Part shown: piece by piece, positions 62,347 to 64,000 of the stretch
Layout: the number at the start of each line of letters is the position of its first letter
How positions within the stretch are numbered: position 1 is the first letter of the stretch
NCBI GenBank assembly: GCA_051294905.1
Contig: CM119373.1
Location: 35,340,001-35,404,000, forward strand
DNA: 64,000 nucleotides
Direction of reading: 5' to 3'
Origin: Botryllus schlosseri
Lineage: Eukaryota
Notes under the pieces: generated by a model
What the model was told of the DNA's origin: nothing
Databases searched by the model: none
Seen by the model: only the letters and a program-made list of their open reading frames with translations
Made by a program: the position numbers and the translations under genes

Positions 62347-62773
62347 AAGGCTGGGCACAAAGATTTGAATACTCGAATCTTAATCAAGTAATAATACGGA
62401 TGCAATGTATTCGGGTAGCATGATTTTATTTCGAATACTGAACTTCCACTATCCCTGCTATAATGTGTTACTTTAGCAATGAATGTAAAGTTGATAGTAA
62501 TTTCTAATGCTGAATGTTTGAAATCTCAATTATTTGTGTCACAGTAGCATACCAAACGTTTAACATGTATTGGAAAGGTATAAATTGCCTCCATGTGGTG
62601 TCTAATTAGTATTACGGTACTGAACCGTGTATACTTCACGGTAGCATGAGTGCTTCTTATTTAAACCGTCCCCGTCTTTCGTACTTCTGTATCGTCACAA
62701 TGAGTGAAGCTAGATTACTCGACTCTAACTGTAGTACTCGATTCACTCAAGTATTCGATTCTGGCTAGCCTCA
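62347..62773 (+). mobile_element. Ancient intronic hAT-type MITE (unit-resident copy)
   Basis: Homologous to 8532-8963. Confidence 0.7.
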
Positions 62774-63057
62774 GTACGAAATCAAGATGATTGTAAAAAT
62801 GTATTAGTCCAAAACATGCTTAGTTGTATAAATTGGGTTTTTGAAGGACTATGCTTCTGAATTTGTACATATTGATTTGGAGCATAGCTTTGGATTTCAT
62901 GTTTGGACTGCAAACCATCGAACTATTCTTCTCTAAAAATCTGACCTTATTTTCCTAATTCAAATAAGCGTTGCTCGTTTATCATTTCAATTGTATCACC
63001 CTTCTATTTTCAGATGATAGTGTCGAGTTGAAGCTTTTCGTGTGGTAAGATTCAATA

Positions 63058-64000
63058 ATGGATGTTGTGAGCAGCTTGCCAGATGAAATGTGGTTGAAGA
63101 TTCTCGAATACCTTTCACTGCATGACCGTTTTGAATGGGTCAAATTTACAAACAAAAGGTTTTTTCACCTTGCGGGAGACATATCGGCAGTCCAAGATCT
63201 CGATTTTCACGGATGTAGTTATGTATCGAACGATCAGTTTTTGAAAATAATCAATCGTTCGAAGGACAGTGTGAGATTTTTGTCCTTCCGGGACTGCGCT
63301 TGGCTCTCGAATCAAATCTGCACCACCATGCCGAGATTGAAAAATCTTGTTACACTGGACATATTGGGGTGTTTCTTGAATAGCGAAACATTACACAGTC
63401 TACTTGGTGCCACATGCTCCATGAAAAGATTGGCTCTATCCACTACGGAACTGGTCATGACGGATTTTTGTCGGCTGCAGTCAAAATGCGGATTGTCACT
63501 TCTAGTCTTGCATGTGGAATTGCTTCACGATCCAGGAAAACTCTGTAGTATCCAAACCAGAACGGCGTTGAGGGATTTTATCAGGACATGCTGTCATTCT
63601 AATCCACACCGCGTTTCATTTCAAACGCACAAGCAGTTTGATCTACAAGAGTTGAAAGATATGTCCTGGGAGGGGAATCTCAAGATATGCAAAGTGTTCA
63701 CACAAAGCGTGGTGAGGGATGCTTATGATCAACAATACCAAACTGACACACTAGTTGCTCTTCCTTTAAATCAAGATGGCTCTCCTCCTTACTTGCGGGA
63801 CGAACATTATGATGAGCTAGCTTTACCTGAGGCAGTTTTTCTGAATCACAGCATTCGGAAAGTGACACATCTAGACTTAAGCAACAGTCGCGCTCTTTTA
63901 ATTTATGAATTCAAGGGTTTATATAAGAAATTACCATCTTTCACAAACCTTGTTGAGCTGAACGTGTGTGGACTGGACTTGGATGCCAACATGCTCCTGT
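63058..64000 (+). CDS. FBXL18: F-box/LRR-repeat protein, FBXL18-like, type D (partial, runs off the window; missed by the ORF track)
   Basis: ATG GAT GTT GTG AGC AGC TTG CCA GAT GAA...; open to the window end and identical to the 58528 copy from about 63187. Confidence 0.85.
   Translation, partial: MDVVSSLPDEMWLKILEYLSLHDRFEWVKFTNKRFFHLAGDISAVQDLDFHGCSYVSNDQFLKIINRSKDSVRFLSFRDCAWLSNQICTTMPRLKNLVTLDILGCFLNSETLHSLLGATCSMKRLALSTTELVMTDFCRLQSKCGLSLLVLHVELLHDPGKLCSIQTRTALRDFIRTCCHSNPHRVSFQTHKQFDLQELKDMSWEGNLKICKVFTQSVVRDAYDQQYQTDTLVALPLNQDGSPPYLRDEHYDELALPEAVFLNHSIRKVTHLDLSNSRALLIYEFKGLYKKLPSFTNLVELNVCGLDLDANMLL

Overview
Eukaryotic, AT-rich animal DNA; the species cannot be determined from the sequence alone. 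Almost the whole window is one head-to-tail tandem array of F-box/leucine-rich-repeat genes on the + strand. The best family match, from recalled sequence rather than a search, is FBXL18. There are 7 complete intact ORFs (574-631 aa), 1 copy running off the right edge, 5 near-full-length pseudogenes and about 9 deletion relics. Each complete unit (about 4.2-4.5 kb) has a conserved non-coding 5' exon (AAGCAG|GTAAG), an intron of about 1 kb carrying an ancient hAT-type MITE, a TTTTCAG acceptor and an uninterrupted CDS. The F-box, first LRRs and C-terminus are well conserved. The central LRR block is hypervariable, changes in length without breaking frame, and is visibly swapped between paralogs. 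The array is punctuated by a decayed full-length Ty3/Gypsy LTR retrotransposon (53606-58375), several hAT and Tc1/mariner-type MITEs with readable TIRs and TSDs (some nested), a tRNA-derived SINE, a telomere-like G-rich minisatellite and many microhomology or templated deletion scars. All identities and counts were made by eye; no alignment, dN/dS or database search was run.
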